From: Thermodesulfobacteriota bacterium | GTDB taxonomy: Bacteria; Desulfobacterota_D; UBA1144; Nemesobacterales; UBA2774 | Length of the DNA: 64,000 bases | Assembly (NCBI GenBank): GCA_965223335.1 | Contig: OZ244991.1 | Span: 2,144,001-2,208,000, forward strand | Direction: 5' to 3' | Shown: positions 48,088 through 58,248 of the stretch, one piece after another | Position numbering within the stretch: the stretch's first letter is position 1 | Layout of the letters: each line of letters opens with the position of its first letter | Translations under genes and position numbers: made by a program | Notes under the pieces: model-generated | The model's input: the letters and a program-made list of their open reading frames with translations, nothing else | What the model was told of the DNA's origin: nothing | The model's database searches: none

Positions 48088-48465
48088 TTAGCTCGATTGA
48101 GGCCCGGACTCCATGAGTTTCCTAAGCTCCGTGGCATCGAACACCACCCTAAGCTCCTTTATCTTGCCGTCTACCACCTTTAAGTACTCCACCGTGCGTA
48201 TAGTGCCGGCGGGGCTTGTGGTCACACAATCGTACATGAGCATGGCTTCGTTGCCGTCTACAAAACTCCTTAGCAGCTCTACGCTCTGGAGTATGGCGCT
48301 GAATTTGCGAAGTGCACCCAAGAGCTCTTCTTTTGACTGAAACTCATCGATACTGCCCAGAAAGTCCAGTTCGTCGTGCAGGTACTCTCCAGCTTTATCG
48401 ACATCGCCTCGGGTCCAGGCGCTAAAGTATGCATGTACAATATTGTTGGTTGTGGGATTGCTCAT
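48088..48465 (-). CDS. SnoaL/NTF2-like protein
   Basis: YFSAWTRGD, VDGKIKELRVVFD. Confidence 0.85.
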   Translation of the reverse strand: MSNPTTNNIVHAYFSAWTRGDVDKAGEYLHDELDFLGSIDEFQSKEELLGALRKFSAILQSVELLRSFVDGNEAMLMYDCVTTSPAGTIRTVEYLKVVDGKIKELRVVFDATELRKLMESGPQSS

Positions 48466-48534
48466 TTTCCTGGATCGGTATAGGCTTTAACTGCTCGTCT
48501 GCCCTGAGGAAACAGTATGATGGCTACGGGGGGG

Positions 48535-48954
48535 TTATTCAATAGTTTTTTCTAGATTTTCCAAACAGCCCTTCCACCCGGTTTGGTGGTCGTCGAACAG
48601 TTCGTTGGTAGGGAGGAAGTCGTGGGTGAGTGTGATCTCTGTGTCCTCGCCGATCTCGTCGAACTCTATAGAGACCACAGTGCCCCGGACAAAATCGGTG
48701 TTCCATGTGAACGAGAGCTTCATAGGGGGGACTATCTGCTGGTAGTAGCCCAGGTGGGTGTGCATTGTGCCGTCGGGGGAGTATAGTTTTATCGTATAGC
48801 TGCGGCCTTCTTTTAAATCGTTTGTGACCTCTACTTTCCAGTCTTTGTCGGGATAGAACCACTTGGACATGATTTCAGGGTTGGTAAATGCCTCGAACAC
48901 TTTTTCTCGTGGAGCTTTAATTATACGTTTGATGACAACCTGATTAGCATTCAT
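48535..48954 (-). CDS. SRPBCC/AHSA1 domain protein
   Basis: APREKVFEAFTNPE..KW, LSFTW, HQTGWKGCLENL. Confidence 0.92.
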   Translation of the reverse strand: MNANQVVIKRIIKAPREKVFEAFTNPEIMSKWFYPDKDWKVEVTNDLKEGRSYTIKLYSPDGTMHTHLGYYQQIVPPMKLSFTWNTDFVRGTVVSIEFDEIGEDTEITLTHDFLPTNELFDDHQTGWKGCLENLEKTIE

Positions 48955-48985
48955 ATATATAATTCCTCGTATCTTCGTCTTATTT

Positions 48986-49318
48986 TTACTCGTTCTCTTT
49001 TAGGAAGTACTCTTCCAGGGCATCGAGTCTTGATTCCCAGAACCTGGTCCAGTGGCTGATTAAATTTGAGATCAGCTCTATCTTTTTGATGTTGACCTTA
49101 CATTGTTTTTCTTTCCCATGTCGCTCTTGTAGTAGAAGCCCGGTGTTCACTAGAACCTTGATGTGTTTGGATACAGCCTGCGGGGTCATGTCGTATTTAG
49201 CAGCGAGTTGTTTTACAGTAAGATCGCCTTTGGTCAGTTCGGTTATGATGCTCCTGCGGGTGGGGTTGGAAAGAGCATGAAAAACCGAGTCAATGTCTTG
49301 GAGCTGATACTCAACCAT
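48986..49318 (-). CDS. ArsR/SmtB-family regulator
   Basis: VFHALSNPTRR, QAVSKHIKVL, WESRLDALE; ATG at 49318 (the track's TTG start is the -35 box). Confidence 0.93.
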   Translation of the reverse strand: MVEYQLQDIDSVFHALSNPTRRSIITELTKGDLTVKQLAAKYDMTPQAVSKHIKVLVNTGLLLQERHGKEKQCKVNIKKIELISNLISHWTRFWESRLDALEEYFLKENE

Positions 49319-49354
49319 CCGGTTTATATTAATAATAAAGAATTCGATTGTCAA
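49313..49354 (-). promoter_or_regulatory. Leaderless-type promoter with AACC-N4-GGTT operator over the start codon
   Basis: TTGACA-17-TAATAT-7-ATG; AACCGGATGGTT palindrome. Confidence 0.7.
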
Positions 49355-49681
49355 TTAAATTATTATATCAGCCTGTAACTGGTTGTAATTATTGAGTATG
49401 TTGTGGGCGGATTGTATGACCAAGTGTGCTTATTTCTTAATAAACATGCATAAACCTTAACACTGCTTTCCAAAAATGACAATATCCTAGATCCAAATGC
49501 GAGAATCATGCCATATTTTGTGATTAACTAGTATTTGTTCAATGTCTTGTATACGTAACTAGTCTCGGTTTGGATTTGTTAAAAAGAAGCAATAAAGCTA
49601 GGGAGCTACTCAAAATCCGCAATTGTGGGTATAATCGAGTTTATATTAATCCCATAGTACAAAGAGACTGATTACTTTGTT

Positions 49682-50524
49682 ATGAAAGAATTGCTTATGA
49701 AACACGCAACCTTGCTTGTACTGATAATATTCGGTTCTGTTTGCAGTGCGGGGGCCGAGACCTATGCCGTGGGCAAGCGAAGCGAATCAATCGGCTACTA
49801 CACGGCGGGGTGCATACGAAACTCGGTGGCGCTGCCCACCGAGGGCCCCGGGTACCAGGTCATAAGGCTCGGGCGGGGCCGCTACTATGCTCACCCAGAG
49901 ATGGTGGATTACATCGCCGGGCTTAGTGCCAAGGTAAAAGAGCGGCTTGGTGGGTTACTACTCATAGCTGATATATCACAGTATACAGGCGGGCCCATGC
50001 CCGACGACCACTCGAGTCACCAAATCGGGCTTGACGCCGATATTTTATTTTGGCAGCACCCCGTGGCCAAAGTGAGAACACTCAAAACCCCAGAGAGGGA
50101 GACCATACACCCGAGGTCGGTGCTCACTGCTAATAAGTACGGGATCGACGATACAAAATGGAAGAGTGTTCACGGACAGATCCTATACCTGGCCGCTTCG
50201 GACCCCAGGGTGGACAGAATATTTGTTAACCCGCTTATCAAGCAGAGGCTATGCGAGTGGTACGGGGGGCAGCAGTGGCTGGGCAAGATCCGCCCTTGGT
50301 ACGGGCACGACGGCCACTTCCATGTGCGGCTCGGCTGCCCCGAGGGTAACGGGTTATGCGAGCCGCAAAAACCGATCAATTCATCAGGTGACGGGTGTGG
50401 TGAGGAGCTTATGGCGTGGTTTACTACAGACGGGAAGCAAAAGGAGAGGAAAAAGTCCAAGCCCAAAAAGCAGCGCGAACTGCCCGCTCAGTGTAAGGCC
50501 ATAATGGACGGCGGTATTTATTAG
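49682..50524 (+). CDS. mepA: Penicillin-insensitive murein endopeptidase
   Basis: IGYYTAGC, HSSHQIGLDADI, RIFVNP.IK, HDGHFHVRL.CP. Confidence 0.93.
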   Translation: MKELLMKHATLLVLIIFGSVCSAGAETYAVGKRSESIGYYTAGCIRNSVALPTEGPGYQVIRLGRGRYYAHPEMVDYIAGLSAKVKERLGGLLLIADISQYTGGPMPDDHSSHQIGLDADILFWQHPVAKVRTLKTPERETIHPRSVLTANKYGIDDTKWKSVHGQILYLAASDPRVDRIFVNPLIKQRLCEWYGGQQWLGKIRPWYGHDGHFHVRLGCPEGNGLCEPQKPINSSGDGCGEELMAWFTTDGKQKERKKSKPKKQRELPAQCKAIMDGGIY

Positions 50525-50588
50525 GGCTGCTAGAGTACCAAAGCCACACACTCTATATAAACCTTTAGGAACTTACGCCCAGATATAT

Positions 50589-51725
50589 CTATTTCGGAAG
50601 CTCGAAATCTTCTAAGATTTCAATGACCTCGTCCACTGTGTCGGCGATGCTGATCAAACTGCCGTATTCGCGGTCGGCCGAGATCTGTTTTAGTACGGGA
50701 TAGATGGGTTTTTCACGGGTCCAGTAGTCTTTGCCGAAGAACACCATGGGGCTCATCACACCGGCGGTCTTGTAGCGGTTTTGCGCCGCGTCCTGAAATA
50801 TTTCCTGTATCGTACCGATATTGCCCGGTGAAAATACGACCCCGTGTTTAGCAACGGCAAGAAGCCCGTCCTCGCGCACGCTGTTTGCAAAATACTTGGC
50901 TATGTGTGTGGCAAAAATCGTAGGGGGCTCGTGGCCGTAGAGCCATGTGGGCACACCCATGCTAACGGGCAGTGTTGAGTCGGTGTTGGGTACTAGGGGG
51001 AATCGAGCTTTTACACAGAGTGCGGTCTCTATCCACTCGTACTTGGGTTTATAATGAGGGGCATCGGAGAGGATCGACACACCTTCTAGAAGCTCATCTT
51101 GTGAGCGGTTAGTAAACCACGCACCCAGGTGTGTGGCCTCCATTGCTCCTGGCCCTCCCCCGCTGGTCATTAGGTAGCCCCTCTCGGTAAGCTTTTTTGA
51201 GAGTGTGGCAACTTGGGTGAATTCGGGGTCGGTGCGCTTTATTGAGTGCCCACCCATTACCGCGACTACCTTGTGCTCGAATAGGAGTTCTTCCACGGCG
51301 TCTGTGATGGCGTGGTCATGGAGCCGGCGTGCGAGGGTCTCCATAATGCTTGGGGGCTCGGGACCGCCGGTGCGCATGTAGTGGTTGTACACTCGTACAT
51401 CGAACATGTTGTGTATGGTGTCGGGGTTGTGGGGTTCGTAGCCCTCTATTAGCTCCTCGGGCGAGTAAAGGGAGTTACGGTAGGAGTTAAAGGGTTTGGA
51501 GTTTAGCTTGGGGAACACGAGGGCTCCTTTCTCGAGTGCGTCGTCAGTGGACTCGGGGGTGAGAGTGCATCCCAGGAAAATGGAGTTCTCGAGCGCAGAG
51601 GATCTGAGGACTTCTGTGTGGCCACGGAGGTCAAGGCCCTGGAACACCACGTTTCTAAGGCACTTGCCCTCTTTTATGTGGCGCTCTAGGTGCTCGATGG
51701 ATTCGAATTCGATGAAGTTTATCAT
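50589..51725 (-). CDS. Long LOG/SLOG-family protein
   Basis: VMGGH, SGGGPGAMEA, PTWLYGHEP, IAKYFANSVREDGL, PGNIGTIQEIFQD. Confidence 0.85.
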   Translation of the reverse strand: MINFIEFESIEHLERHIKEGKCLRNVVFQGLDLRGHTEVLRSSALENSIFLGCTLTPESTDDALEKGALVFPKLNSKPFNSYRNSLYSPEELIEGYEPHNPDTIHNMFDVRVYNHYMRTGGPEPPSIMETLARRLHDHAITDAVEELLFEHKVVAVMGGHSIKRTDPEFTQVATLSKKLTERGYLMTSGGGPGAMEATHLGAWFTNRSQDELLEGVSILSDAPHYKPKYEWIETALCVKARFPLVPNTDSTLPVSMGVPTWLYGHEPPTIFATHIAKYFANSVREDGLLAVAKHGVVFSPGNIGTIQEIFQDAAQNRYKTAGVMSPMVFFGKDYWTREKPIYPVLKQISADREYGSLISIADTVDEVIEILEDFELPK

Positions 51726-51743
51726 AGGCCGGGTCTCGGGGGT

Positions 51744-53171
51744 TTAGTCTTCGTTGCCTATCTCATACCTGTAGCCGAGCTCGGGTATCTCTACGTTGCG
51801 AAATCCGTTTTTGTTGAGTGCCGTTTCAAAGCTTAGCTGATTGTCGTAGTCCCCGTGCACAAGATATAGTGCTTTCAGCTTCTCGCGGTCAAGGTTGTCC
51901 AGGTACTCGAGCATCTCTTTTTCGTCGCCGTGGGCGCTGTAAGAGTCCATGATCTTTACACTGGCCCTTACCTTGAGCTCGCGGCCAAAGATCCTGATCT
52001 TTTTGTCCCCTCGCCGTAGCCTTGCCCCCAGTGTATGGGGTGCGCAGAACCCCACGATGAGAATGGTGTTGTTTTTGTCCTCAATGTGGTTGTTAAGGTG
52101 GTGGAGCACGCGGCCCCCTGTCATCATACCCGAAGCACTTATTATGATGGCGGGCCCCCTGAGGTAGTTAATCTCTTTGGACTCGTCGGTTTTTCGTGTG
52201 TAGTGCAGGTTGTTGAAGCCAAAGGGGTTGGGGTCGTCGATCATATAGTCGATGATCTCTTTGTCAAAGCACTCGGGATGGAGGATAAAGACGTCGGTGG
52301 CGTTGATCGCAAGGGGGCTGTCTACAAAGACAGGGATGTGGGGGAGCCGTCCCTCGTTCTCGAGCTTGTCTAGAGTGTGTACGATCTCTTGGGTTCTGCC
52401 TACGCTGAATGCGGGGATGATGAGCTTGCCCTTTTTCTTGACACAGGTCTCTTCGATTATCGATAGAAGCACCTTTTCGTCCTGGGGCAGCTGTGTGTGC
52501 TCACGGCCCCCGTAGGTAGACTCGCAGATGAGGTAGTCCAGGTCTTCCATGGGTACTGGGTCCTTTAATATAGGGCGGCCGGGGCGGCCTATATCACCCG
52601 AGAAACCGAACATCGTTGTTTTTCCTCGGGGGTTGCCTTTTTCGTGTATACGGAGTGTAACGCTGCCGCTGCCGAATATGTGCCCGCTGTCGCGGATTAT
52701 TACGTCTAGCCCGGGTTTAATCATGTGCCACGAGTCATAGCCGATCCCTACAAACCCCTGTAGTGCGTCGTAGACGTCCTCGTCGTCGTAAAGGGGTCTT
52801 GCTGTCTCGGGAAGCCCTTTTTTGCGTAGCCTTTTATTGGTGTAGTATGCGTCTTTTTCCTGTATCTTGGCGCTGTCGATGAGCATGACCGCTGCGAGGT
52901 CCCTTGTGGCGCTGGTCGAGATGATCTCGCCCCGAAAGCCGTCTTTTACAAGCTTTGGTATGCGCCCACTGTGGTCGATATGCGCGTGGGAGAGCACCAT
53001 GTAGTCAATCTCAGAGGGGTTGAACATCCACTTTTCGTTAAAGCCGTCGAGCTCCTCTTCGCGCCCCTGGTATAGCCCGCAGTCAAGCAGTATCTTTGTG
53101 CCGTCGTCGAGTGTGAGCAGGTGGCAGCTGCCGGTTACGGTCCTTGCAGCGCCGCAGAATTTTATTTGCAT
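51744..53171 (-). CDS. MBL-fold beta-CASP ribonuclease (Ysh1/TTHA0252-like)
   Basis: GAARTVTGS, SHAHIDHSG, ESTYG, IPAFSVGRTQE, SAHGD. Confidence 0.95.
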   Translation of the reverse strand: MQIKFCGAARTVTGSCHLLTLDDGTKILLDCGLYQGREEELDGFNEKWMFNPSEIDYMVLSHAHIDHSGRIPKLVKDGFRGEIISTSATRDLAAVMLIDSAKIQEKDAYYTNKRLRKKGLPETARPLYDDEDVYDALQGFVGIGYDSWHMIKPGLDVIIRDSGHIFGSGSVTLRIHEKGNPRGKTTMFGFSGDIGRPGRPILKDPVPMEDLDYLICESTYGGREHTQLPQDEKVLLSIIEETCVKKKGKLIIPAFSVGRTQEIVHTLDKLENEGRLPHIPVFVDSPLAINATDVFILHPECFDKEIIDYMIDDPNPFGFNNLHYTRKTDESKEINYLRGPAIIISASGMMTGGRVLHHLNNHIEDKNNTILIVGFCAPHTLGARLRRGDKKIRIFGRELKVRASVKIMDSYSAHGDEKEMLEYLDNLDREKLKALYLVHGDYDNQLSFETALNKNGFRNVEIPELGYRYEIGNED

Positions 53172-53261
53172 CTTTACCGTCCCCCGTTAGGATGCAGAAT
53201 TATTACATATTGTTCAAAATTATAAAAGTCTATGAATAGGAATGAGATGGAATGACCTGAA

Positions 53262-53777
53262 TTACACTGCTTCGGACACGTTGAATTCGTCGGCGTACTC
53301 AACGAGCCCTCTCTTGTTTCTCAGTGCGCCGGGCACAAGCTCTATCACCATAAATGCCTCGTTGGGCGCATCATATACACAGCTAAACCCGTACCTAGAG
53401 GCGGTCTCGAACCCAAACATTCCGAAAAAGCCCGGGTCCCCGAGCACAAACACGAGTTCGAATCCAAGCTCCTTGCACTGTATGAGCGCACCCCGCACTA
53501 GTACCCCGCCTATGCCCTTGCGCTGGTGTTCTGGAACTACTGCGATGGGCCCGAGCCCAACCGCGTCTTTGTAGTTGGGATCACTGCTGATCGTAACAAC
53601 TGAGAACATGATATGACCTGCCACCTGGCCCTTGTGCTCGGCTACAAACGACAACACACTCTTGCCGTTGTCTCTAAGCATATCAACTATATCGGCCTCT
53701 TCGGTCCTACCGAATGCGCGGAAGTTGACATCGCGTATCAATTCAATATCGTTTTGTGTCTCTGGACGTATAATCAT
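53262..53777 (-). CDS. YhbS-like GNAT acetyltransferase
   Basis: GLGPIAVVPEHQRKGIG, VLGDP. Confidence 0.92.
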   Translation of the reverse strand: MIIRPETQNDIELIRDVNFRAFGRTEEADIVDMLRDNGKSVLSFVAEHKGQVAGHIMFSVVTISSDPNYKDAVGLGPIAVVPEHQRKGIGGVLVRGALIQCKELGFELVFVLGDPGFFGMFGFETASRYGFSCVYDAPNEAFMVIELVPGALRNKRGLVEYADEFNVSEAV

Positions 53778-53805
53778 AGCTATTGCCCCGACAATTTAAC
53801 AGCTA

Positions 53806-54153
53806 TTAGAGATTTTTCAAATACATTACCAATTTATGTTTTATGACTACAAAAAGGGCAATTCCGAATAGTACTCCGAGAGAGTTGGCGACAATGTCTT
53901 CGTAAGAGGGGGTTCTGCCGGGAATGAAATGCTGGACCAGTTCGATCGACATCCCAAGAAAGATAATACCGGCAAGCACAGTGAGCTTGTGGCATAGCGT
54001 GGAGACCATAAACAGACCTAAACAACCCATAAGTGCATAAACAGCGAAATGCGCCATCATGTCGGGGCTATGCTTGATCCCCGCACCGAATGACGGCATT
54101 ACACTCATCAGCACCACAAATCCAACATAAAACAAAAATGCTAATTTATACAT
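53806..54153 (-). CDS. VanZ-family membrane protein
   Basis: AHFAVY, IELVQHFIPGR, DIVANSLG. Confidence 0.9.
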   Translation of the reverse strand: MYKLAFLFYVGFVVLMSVMPSFGAGIKHSPDMMAHFAVYALMGCLGLFMVSTLCHKLTVLAGIIFLGMSIELVQHFIPGRTPSYEDIVANSLGVLFGIALFVVIKHKLVMYLKNL

Positions 54154-54244
54154 AGTTAATTACCTGTCAAATCGTTTCGTGCTATTAATTATACTGCTGT
54201 TTTCCCCTAGAACTATCATTTTATTGAGAAAAATAAAATAATAT

Positions 54245-54260
54245 TTGACCAATCATTCAA
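54245..54260 (+). promoter_or_regulatory. Putative TetR operator overlapping the -35 box
   Basis: TTGACCAATCATTCAA imperfect palindrome; TTGACC-17-TATTAT promoter. Confidence 0.6.
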
Positions 54261-54284
54261 CAACGAGTATTATATTCCCTAACT

Positions 54285-54863
54285 ATGGGAAGACCGTATG
54301 AATTTGATATAGAAGAGACACTGGGGAAGGCCATGGAGCTCTTTTGGCAGAAAGGCTACCATGCCACAAGCGTAGAGGAGCTTGTGCAGACCATGGGCAT
54401 TAACAGAGGCAGCATATATAACACCTATGGGGACAAGCACTCGCTTTTTTTAAAGGCGCTCGATCATTATGGGAAAAACGAGACTTCCAGAATGCTAAAA
54501 ACACTTTACGACGGCCCCTCCCCCACTAGGAACATCATCAATTTTTTCACCAGACTCAAAACCACAAACAACCAATGGAACGAAAAGGGCTGTCTGATCT
54601 GCAATACCGCGGTTGAACTGGCACCCCACGACCCAAAGGCACGCGAGCTGGTCTCGAGGTTTTTGGAGCGCATAAGGGCTGCGTTTCATGAAACGCTTGA
54701 AAACGCAGTGGAGATGGGTGAGATTGAGCCCGGAACCGATACCCGGGCGCTCTCGCATTTTATGGCCAATAACACAATGGGACTGCTGGTGCTTAGGAAA
54801 TCGGGAGCTACCCCCGAGCAGCTGGAAAACATAGTAAATGTAGTTGTAACTAACCTAAAATAA
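54285..54863 (+). CDS. TetR-family regulator (NemR/ComR-like)
   Basis: MGRPYEFD, FWQKGYHATS, SIYNTYGDK, GCLICNT. Confidence 0.93.
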   Translation: MGRPYEFDIEETLGKAMELFWQKGYHATSVEELVQTMGINRGSIYNTYGDKHSLFLKALDHYGKNETSRMLKTLYDGPSPTRNIINFFTRLKTTNNQWNEKGCLICNTAVELAPHDPKARELVSRFLERIRAAFHETLENAVEMGEIEPGTDTRALSHFMANNTMGLLVLRKSGATPEQLENIVNVVVTNLK

Positions 54864-54880
54864 AAATTTTTCGGCAATTA

Positions 54881-54896
54881 TGGAACGTGCATTCAA
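54881..54896 (+). promoter_or_regulatory. Second putative TetR operator
   Basis: TGGAACGTGCATTCAA resembles 54245-54260. Confidence 0.55.
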
Positions 54897-54928
54897 ATAC
54901 AGATAAATTTAAATAGGAGGTATTACAA

Positions 54929-55450
54929 ATGGCTAAAATAGCTTATGTAGAGAAACAAGACGCTCCTGAGAGCCTGCAGGGTGTTTACACGGCACTTGAG
55001 AGCAAGTTCGGTATGGTGCCGAACGTTATTAAGGCAATGGCAAACAGCCCCGAGATGCTTGGGGGGTTCATGCCCTTTTTGGGGGCATCGCTCGGCCAAA
55101 CACAGGTAAGCAACGACCTAAAGGAGCTTGCTATCTTGACCACCGCTAAACTAAACGGCTGTAGTTACTGTACCGCCCACCACACCGGTGCGGGCAAACG
55201 TGCAGGGCTCACAGACGAGAAGATCGCCGCCGCCACCGACCCCACAAGCGATGCGCTCGACGACAGGGAAAAGGCGATTGTGCGTTATACGGCAGAAACC
55301 ACAAAGAACGTGGCTGCGAGTGACGAGGCGCTCGAGGAGATGCGCAAACACTTCACCGACGGTGAAATTGCAGAGCTCACTATGGTAAGCGGCGTGTTTC
55401 ACGTACTGACAAGGTTTGCCGATACATTTAAAGTAGAACTTGAAGGATAG
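54929..55450 (+). CDS. CMD/AhpD-family alkylhydroperoxidase-like protein
   Basis: KELAIL...NGCSYC.AHH. Confidence 0.92.
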   Translation: MAKIAYVEKQDAPESLQGVYTALESKFGMVPNVIKAMANSPEMLGGFMPFLGASLGQTQVSNDLKELAILTTAKLNGCSYCTAHHTGAGKRAGLTDEKIAAATDPTSDALDDREKAIVRYTAETTKNVAASDEALEEMRKHFTDGEIAELTMVSGVFHVLTRFADTFKVELEG

Positions 55451-55486
55451 ATCGTAACACTATATAAATATAGCATAATCATTATG

Positions 55487-55541
55487 GGGCTTGGCTCTAT
55501 TCTCTCATTCGAAGCTCACATTTGAGTCAAGCCCTCTTTTT
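55487..55541 (+). terminator. Intrinsic terminator after AhpD-like gene
   Basis: GGGCTTGGCTC...GAGTCAAGCCC followed by a T run. Confidence 0.65.
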
Positions 55542-55670
55542 CTTCCCCTTGCACTGTTGAAAAAGTCGTATGTACCAGTAAATTTGATCTAAAAATACCT
55601 TGAGTTTGTGTGCAATTGTATGTAGTTTGCTTGGATCGCGTGCTATTGTGCTTGATTAAGGTAAGCAGCT

Positions 55671-57227
55671 ATGTACTTGGACCTCTCTATCATACTCGCA
55701 TATTTTGTCGTGATTATGGCAGTGGGTATATGGAGCAGGGCTAAAAAAGACGTGGGTGTGGACGAGTATTTCCTAAGCTCGCGCTCGCTGGGCTGGCCTT
55801 ACATAGCCGCTTCTACCATTGCTACCAATATACACGCCAATCATTTCATTGCCATGGCGGGCTCGGCCTATGTGTTTGGGCTTGCACAGGCCAATTTCGA
55901 GATAAACGCAGTGTTTGGACTGCTTATGGCTGCGTTTGTGTTCGTGCCCATATACCTACGGATGCGAGTGGTTACGATCACTCAGTTCTTTGAGTCGCGT
56001 CTAGGTCCCAGGGTGGCCCTGGCCTACTCGGTCCTTATGATCGTGCTCTATTCGTGCCTATACCTGGGCACGGCACTGTTTTGGGCCTCTTATGCGATCC
56101 ACGGCATATTCGGCGAGCTCTTCGAGCCACTCGGGGTAGGCGAGACAGGGCGCATCGCCATTCTCATTGTGATCACGGGGGTGTTTTCCGCCGTCTACAC
56201 CTACATGGGCGGGCTTCGCGCAGTGGTAAGGACTGATATCGTGCAGTTCGGGCTCCTGGTGGTGGGCGGGATAGTGGTGCTCGGCGTATCCATACACCAC
56301 CTGGGAGGGGTGGACCAGCTTTGGGTTAAGACCGGGGACCTGATGCACCTGCACCTGCCGCGGGACCACGACACGCTGCCCTGGGTGGGGATATTCGGGA
56401 TGCTATTGCTTAACCTAAACTACTGGGGTGCGAACCAGGTCATACTGCAGCGGGCGCTGGCTGCCAAGGACCTGCGTAATGCACAGATAGGGCTATTGGT
56501 GGGGGGAGTGATCAAGTACCTGATGGCCATAATAATAATTATTCCCGGGATAGCGCTTGCGGGTATTTTAAGAGAGCGTCCTCTAGCGGACCCCGACCTC
56601 ACATACCTTACACTAGTTAACGACTATCTGCCGAGCGGGGTAAAGGGGCTTATACTTACGGGGCTTTTCGCATCGCTCATGAGTACACTCGACTCGATAT
56701 TTAACTCGGTCTCTACACTCTACTCGATAGATATTTACAAGCGCCACATTGCTCCTGGTGCCACGGAGTCCCAGGTGGTTAGGATGGGCAGGCTCTCGAT
56801 TGTAGCGGCGCTTATGACTGGTGTGGCATTTGGGTTTGTGGTCATCTACGTCAAGTACGGCAACCCCGCCTTCCCTCTCACTCACTGGTTCAATGCGCTC
56901 TCGTACTTTGTGAAAAACGCCTTTGTGATCATCATCATGTCGGCTGTGTTTTTGGTGAATCCGTCAAAACGCCTTGTGCTCTTTACCATGCTCTTTAGCG
57001 TGCTGCTGACTTATATATTTAAGGCATGGGTGCCGGACATGAACTATATTGTGCGCTCGGCCTGGGTGATAGTGCTCTGTTTTCTATTTGTTGCTATACC
57101 GAATGTAATCAAAAACGGATGGAGGCTTGGTGGTGAGGGGCTATTCGTAGTCTCGGGCAGAGGTGCGGCGCTATTTGGAGGGGTACTCGCACTCTCGCTT
57201 GCAGCGGTGCATGTGATCTTTCACTAG
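55671..57227 (+). CDS. Sodium:solute symporter (SSS family)
   Basis: EYFLSSR, GGLRAVVRTDIVQ, NQVILQRALAA, ASLMSTLDSIFNS. Confidence 0.95.
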   Translation: MYLDLSIILAYFVVIMAVGIWSRAKKDVGVDEYFLSSRSLGWPYIAASTIATNIHANHFIAMAGSAYVFGLAQANFEINAVFGLLMAAFVFVPIYLRMRVVTITQFFESRLGPRVALAYSVLMIVLYSCLYLGTALFWASYAIHGIFGELFEPLGVGETGRIAILIVITGVFSAVYTYMGGLRAVVRTDIVQFGLLVVGGIVVLGVSIHHLGGVDQLWVKTGDLMHLHLPRDHDTLPWVGIFGMLLLNLNYWGANQVILQRALAAKDLRNAQIGLLVGGVIKYLMAIIIIIPGIALAGILRERPLADPDLTYLTLVNDYLPSGVKGLILTGLFASLMSTLDSIFNSVSTLYSIDIYKRHIAPGATESQVVRMGRLSIVAALMTGVAFGFVVIYVKYGNPAFPLTHWFNALSYFVKNAFVIIIMSAVFLVNPSKRLVLFTMLFSVLLTYIFKAWVPDMNYIVRSAWVIVLCFLFVAIPNVIKNGWRLGGEGLFVVSGRGAALFGGVLALSLAAVHVIFH

Positions 57228-57273
57228 TTTTTATGGTGCCTATACAAGATTTAATTCAGATTGATCCCGACCT

Positions 57274-57996
57274 TTAGTTTCCTTTATCCCGCTTTGATTC
57301 CACTATGGGGAAGATGCAGCGCTTGGCACCGTGGCCTTGGGTTTTGTAGCGGCTTTTGTCGAAGTAAAAGCCGTGGGTTTTTGGGTCGATCTTGTCGAAC
57401 CAAAGCGAGTCTATCTGGCAGAGCACGGGAGTTAGGAACGCTACGTCGTGTGCCGAGAAAAAGTCGAAGTAAAAACAGCGGTCTATCTCTACGGTAAAGC
57501 TGTGCTGTTTTTTATCGTCGCGGTGTGTGGTGGTCCAGCTAAACGTCCCACCATATTGCTGCATGAGCATCTTGAATATATCGCGCAGCGTGTCGGGATT
57601 GCCCTTGGAGGAATACAACATAAGCCACATCGAAAAGCGCATAGAAGAGGTGTTCATTCCCCTCATCATCGCCCTGCCTACGAACTGGAGTGTAGCCTCT
57701 TTGCTGCCCAGTACTGGTAAGAGCTCTTGGTACGCAGCCAGTATGGACGAGCAGAGCTCGACATGGCCCAAAGACGGGGGGTCTATGGCCATATCAATAT
57801 CTATGTTCTTTATGTCCTCGGCCCGCTCTTCGATCTTCTCAACTATAGGGATAGGGTCTTGGAGCAACTGCTCTTTTATCTCTATAATGAGGCCGCGGTA
57901 AAAGCGCTTGGGTGCCTGGTGTCCAAACACCTGATGGCGTAGAAAATCTCCAATCCTAGAGACGGCAATACCCTCCACAAATATTGCGCATCGCAC
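57274..57996 (-). CDS. L-2-amino-thiazoline-4-carboxylate (ATC) hydrolase-like protein
   Basis: DRCFYFDFF, LTPVLCQID, TQGHGAKRCIF; start uncertain. Confidence 0.75.
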   Translation of the reverse strand: MRCAIFVEGIAVSRIGDFLRHQVFGHQAPKRFYRGLIIEIKEQLLQDPIPIVEKIEERAEDIKNIDIDMAIDPPSLGHVELCSSILAAYQELLPVLGSKEATLQFVGRAMMRGMNTSSMRFSMWLMLYSSKGNPDTLRDIFKMLMQQYGGTFSWTTTHRDDKKQHSFTVEIDRCFYFDFFSAHDVAFLTPVLCQIDSLWFDKIDPKTHGFYFDKSRYKTQGHGAKRCIFPIVESKRDKGN

Positions 57997-58248
57997 CGGT
58001 ATATTGCCCGAATGCGTTTAGTATAATTATACCCCTTGCCTTCTCGATGCTAATATTGAGGTAAGGCATTAATATATACAGTTCCTAAATAAGAAGCTAG
58101 TGGATTTTGCTTAAAATTTTGCTTTAACGTAGAATTTTGACCATTGTATCTAGGGTTCTTGGTATTTTGTTTCCACTAGTAGATATTATTTATTAGTGTT
58201 ATACTCAGGGGTCAAAAGGCTCTATATTGGTGAGGAGGGGACTGATAT

